A stretch of DNA of 64,000 nt from Chiloscyllium plagiosum. Taxonomy: Eukaryota. The notes beneath the pieces were generated by a model. The model was not told where the DNA came from. It searched no databases and was given only the letters and a program-made list of their open reading frames with translations. A program made the translations under genes and the position numbers. Positions 62,394 to 64,000 of this stretch are shown here, in pieces. Position 1 is the stretch's first letter. Each line of letters starts with the position of its first letter. The stretch is from assembly GCF_004010195.1 (NCBI RefSeq), contig NC_057718.1:22037714-22101713 (forward strand), in the 5' to 3' direction.

Positions 62394-64000
62394 CAAAACA
62401 TAGAACATAGAACATTACAGCGCAGTACAGGCCCTTCGGCCCTCGATGTTGTGCCGACCTGACATACCAATCTGAAGCCCATCTAACCTACACTATTCCA
62501 TGTATGTCCATATGCTTGTCCAATGATGACTTAAATGTACTTAAAGTTGGCGAATCTACTACCGTTGCAGGCAAAGCATTCCATACCCTTACTACTCTCT
62601 GAGTAAAGAAACTACCTCTGATATCTGTCCTATATCTATCACCCCTCAATTTAAAGCTATATCCCCTCATGCTCGCCATCACCATACTTGGAAAAAGGCT
62701 CTCCCTCTCCACCCTATCTAACCCTCTGATTATCTTCTATGTCTCTATTAAGTCACCTCTCAACCTTCTTTTCTCTAATGAAAACAGCCTCAAGTCCCTC
62801 AGCCTTTCCTCGTAAGACCTTCCCTCCACAACAGGCAACATTCTAGTAAATCTCCTCTGCACCCTTTCCAAGCTTCCAGATCCTTCTTATAATGCGGTGA
62901 CCAGAACTGTACACAATACTCCAACTGCGGTCGCACCAGAGTTTGTACAGCTGCAGCATAACCTCATGGTTCCGGAACTCGATCCCTCTATTAATAAAAG
63001 CTAAAACACTGTATGCCTTCTTAACAACCCTGTCAACCTGGGTGGCAATTTTCAAGGATCTGTGTACCTGGACACCAAGATCTCTCTGCTCATCTACACT
63101 ACCAAGAATCTTACCATTTGCCCAGTAATTTGCAATCCGGTTACTCCGACCAAAGTGAATCACTTCACACTTGTCTGCATTAAACTCCTTTTGCCACCTC
63201 TCAGCCCAGCTCTGCAGCTTACCTATGTGTCTCTGTAACCTACAACATCCTTCATCACTATCCACAACTCCACCGACCTTAGTGCCGTCTGCAAATTTAC
63301 TAACCCACCTTTCTACGCCCTCATCCAGGTTGTTTATAAAAATGACGAACAGCAGTGGACCCAACACCGACCCTTGCGGTACACCACTGGTAATTGGACT
63401 CCAGGATGAACATTTCCCATCAACCACCACCCTCTGTCTTCTTTCAGCAAGCTAATTACTGATCCAAACTGCTATATCTACCACAATCCCATTCTTCCGC
63501 ATTTTGTATAATAGCTTACTGTGGGGAGCCTTATCGAACGCCTTGCTGAAATTCATATATACCACATCAACCAGTTTATTCTCATCTACCTGTTTGGTCA
63601 TCTTCTCAAAGAACTCAACAAGGTTTGTGACTCACGACCTACCGTTCACAAAACCGTGCTGACTATCTCTAATCAAATTATTCTTTTCTAGATGATTATA
63701 AATCCTATCTTTTATAACCTTTTCCAACACTCTACCAACAACTGAAGTAAGGCTCACTGATCTATAATTACCAGGGTTGTCTCTACTTCCCTTCTTGATC
63801 AGGGGAACCACATTTGCTATCCTCCAGTCTTCTGGCACTGTTCCTGTAGACAATGACGATTTAAAGGTCAATGCCAAAGGCTCGGCAATCTCCTCCCTGG
63901 CTTTCCAGAGGATCCTAGGATAAATACCATCCGGCCCAGGGGACTTATCTATTTTCACACTCTGTAGGATTTCTAATACCTCTTCCTTGTGAACCTCAAT
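62394..64000 (-). mobile_element. Relatively young CR1 LINE 3' part (RT domain); continues beyond the window
   Basis: (AACATAG)n tail; ORFs KSPGPDGIYPRIL...PGNYRSVSLTS, GVPQGSVLGP...KFADGT, MRGYSFKL. Confidence 0.93.

Larger units (their letters stand above)
25973..64000 (+). other. Ryanodine receptor intron 1 (extends beyond the window)
   Basis: Canonical donor. I found no exon 2 sequence (DDEVVLQC...) downstream. RYR2/RYR3 first introns are very large. Confidence 0.75.

Noticed and set aside
25973..64000. Antisense bias of CR1 copies in the RyR intron
   Set aside because: Upstream CR1 copies are also on the minus strand and counts are small, so selection cannot be inferred.
1..64000. CRISPR arrays, rRNA or prokaryotic operon-type systems
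   Set aside because: No repeat-spacer arrays or rRNA-like sequence; the window is vertebrate, repeat-rich DNA.

Overview
This is vertebrate genomic DNA, almost certainly from a shark or other elasmobranch, judged by HE1/V-SINE-like SINEs with (TAATC)n tails, CR1/HER1-like LINEs and DeuSINE-like elements. The only host gene I can support is the first coding exon of a ryanodine receptor (MAEVGEGEDEIQFLRT, 25925-25972, + strand; RYR2-like by exon length, RYR3 not excluded). It has a CpG-rich promoter/5'UTR, and the remaining ~38 kb is intron 1 with no exon 2 seen. Most of the window is transposable-element derived: a young, near full-length L1-clade LINE with TSD, YY1 site and an assembly gap (4558-9682); many CR1 LINE pieces, often nested, including two 5' ends with a zinc-finger/SGNH-esterase ORF1; solo LTRs with 4-bp TSDs; about 11 V-SINE copies; DeuSINEs; and L2, RTE, Rex1-like and Tx1/L1-like fragments. 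The most interesting signal is a set of short (~140-320 bp) non-coding fold-back elements from at least three sequence families, derived from Penelope-like termini. They carry minimal hammerhead-ribozyme motifs (CUGANGA-A-stem II-GAA-palindromic tetramer-H), and several have 12-14 bp target-site duplications. One has two intact, oppositely oriented hammerheads in a 132-bp inverted repeat inside the RyR intron, and a degraded relative abuts the RyR promoter. Hammerheads in Penelope-like elements are known; whether these ORF-less hairpin units form a distinct, active non-autonomous system needs testing. Most ORFs in the supplied track are TE fragments or spurious.
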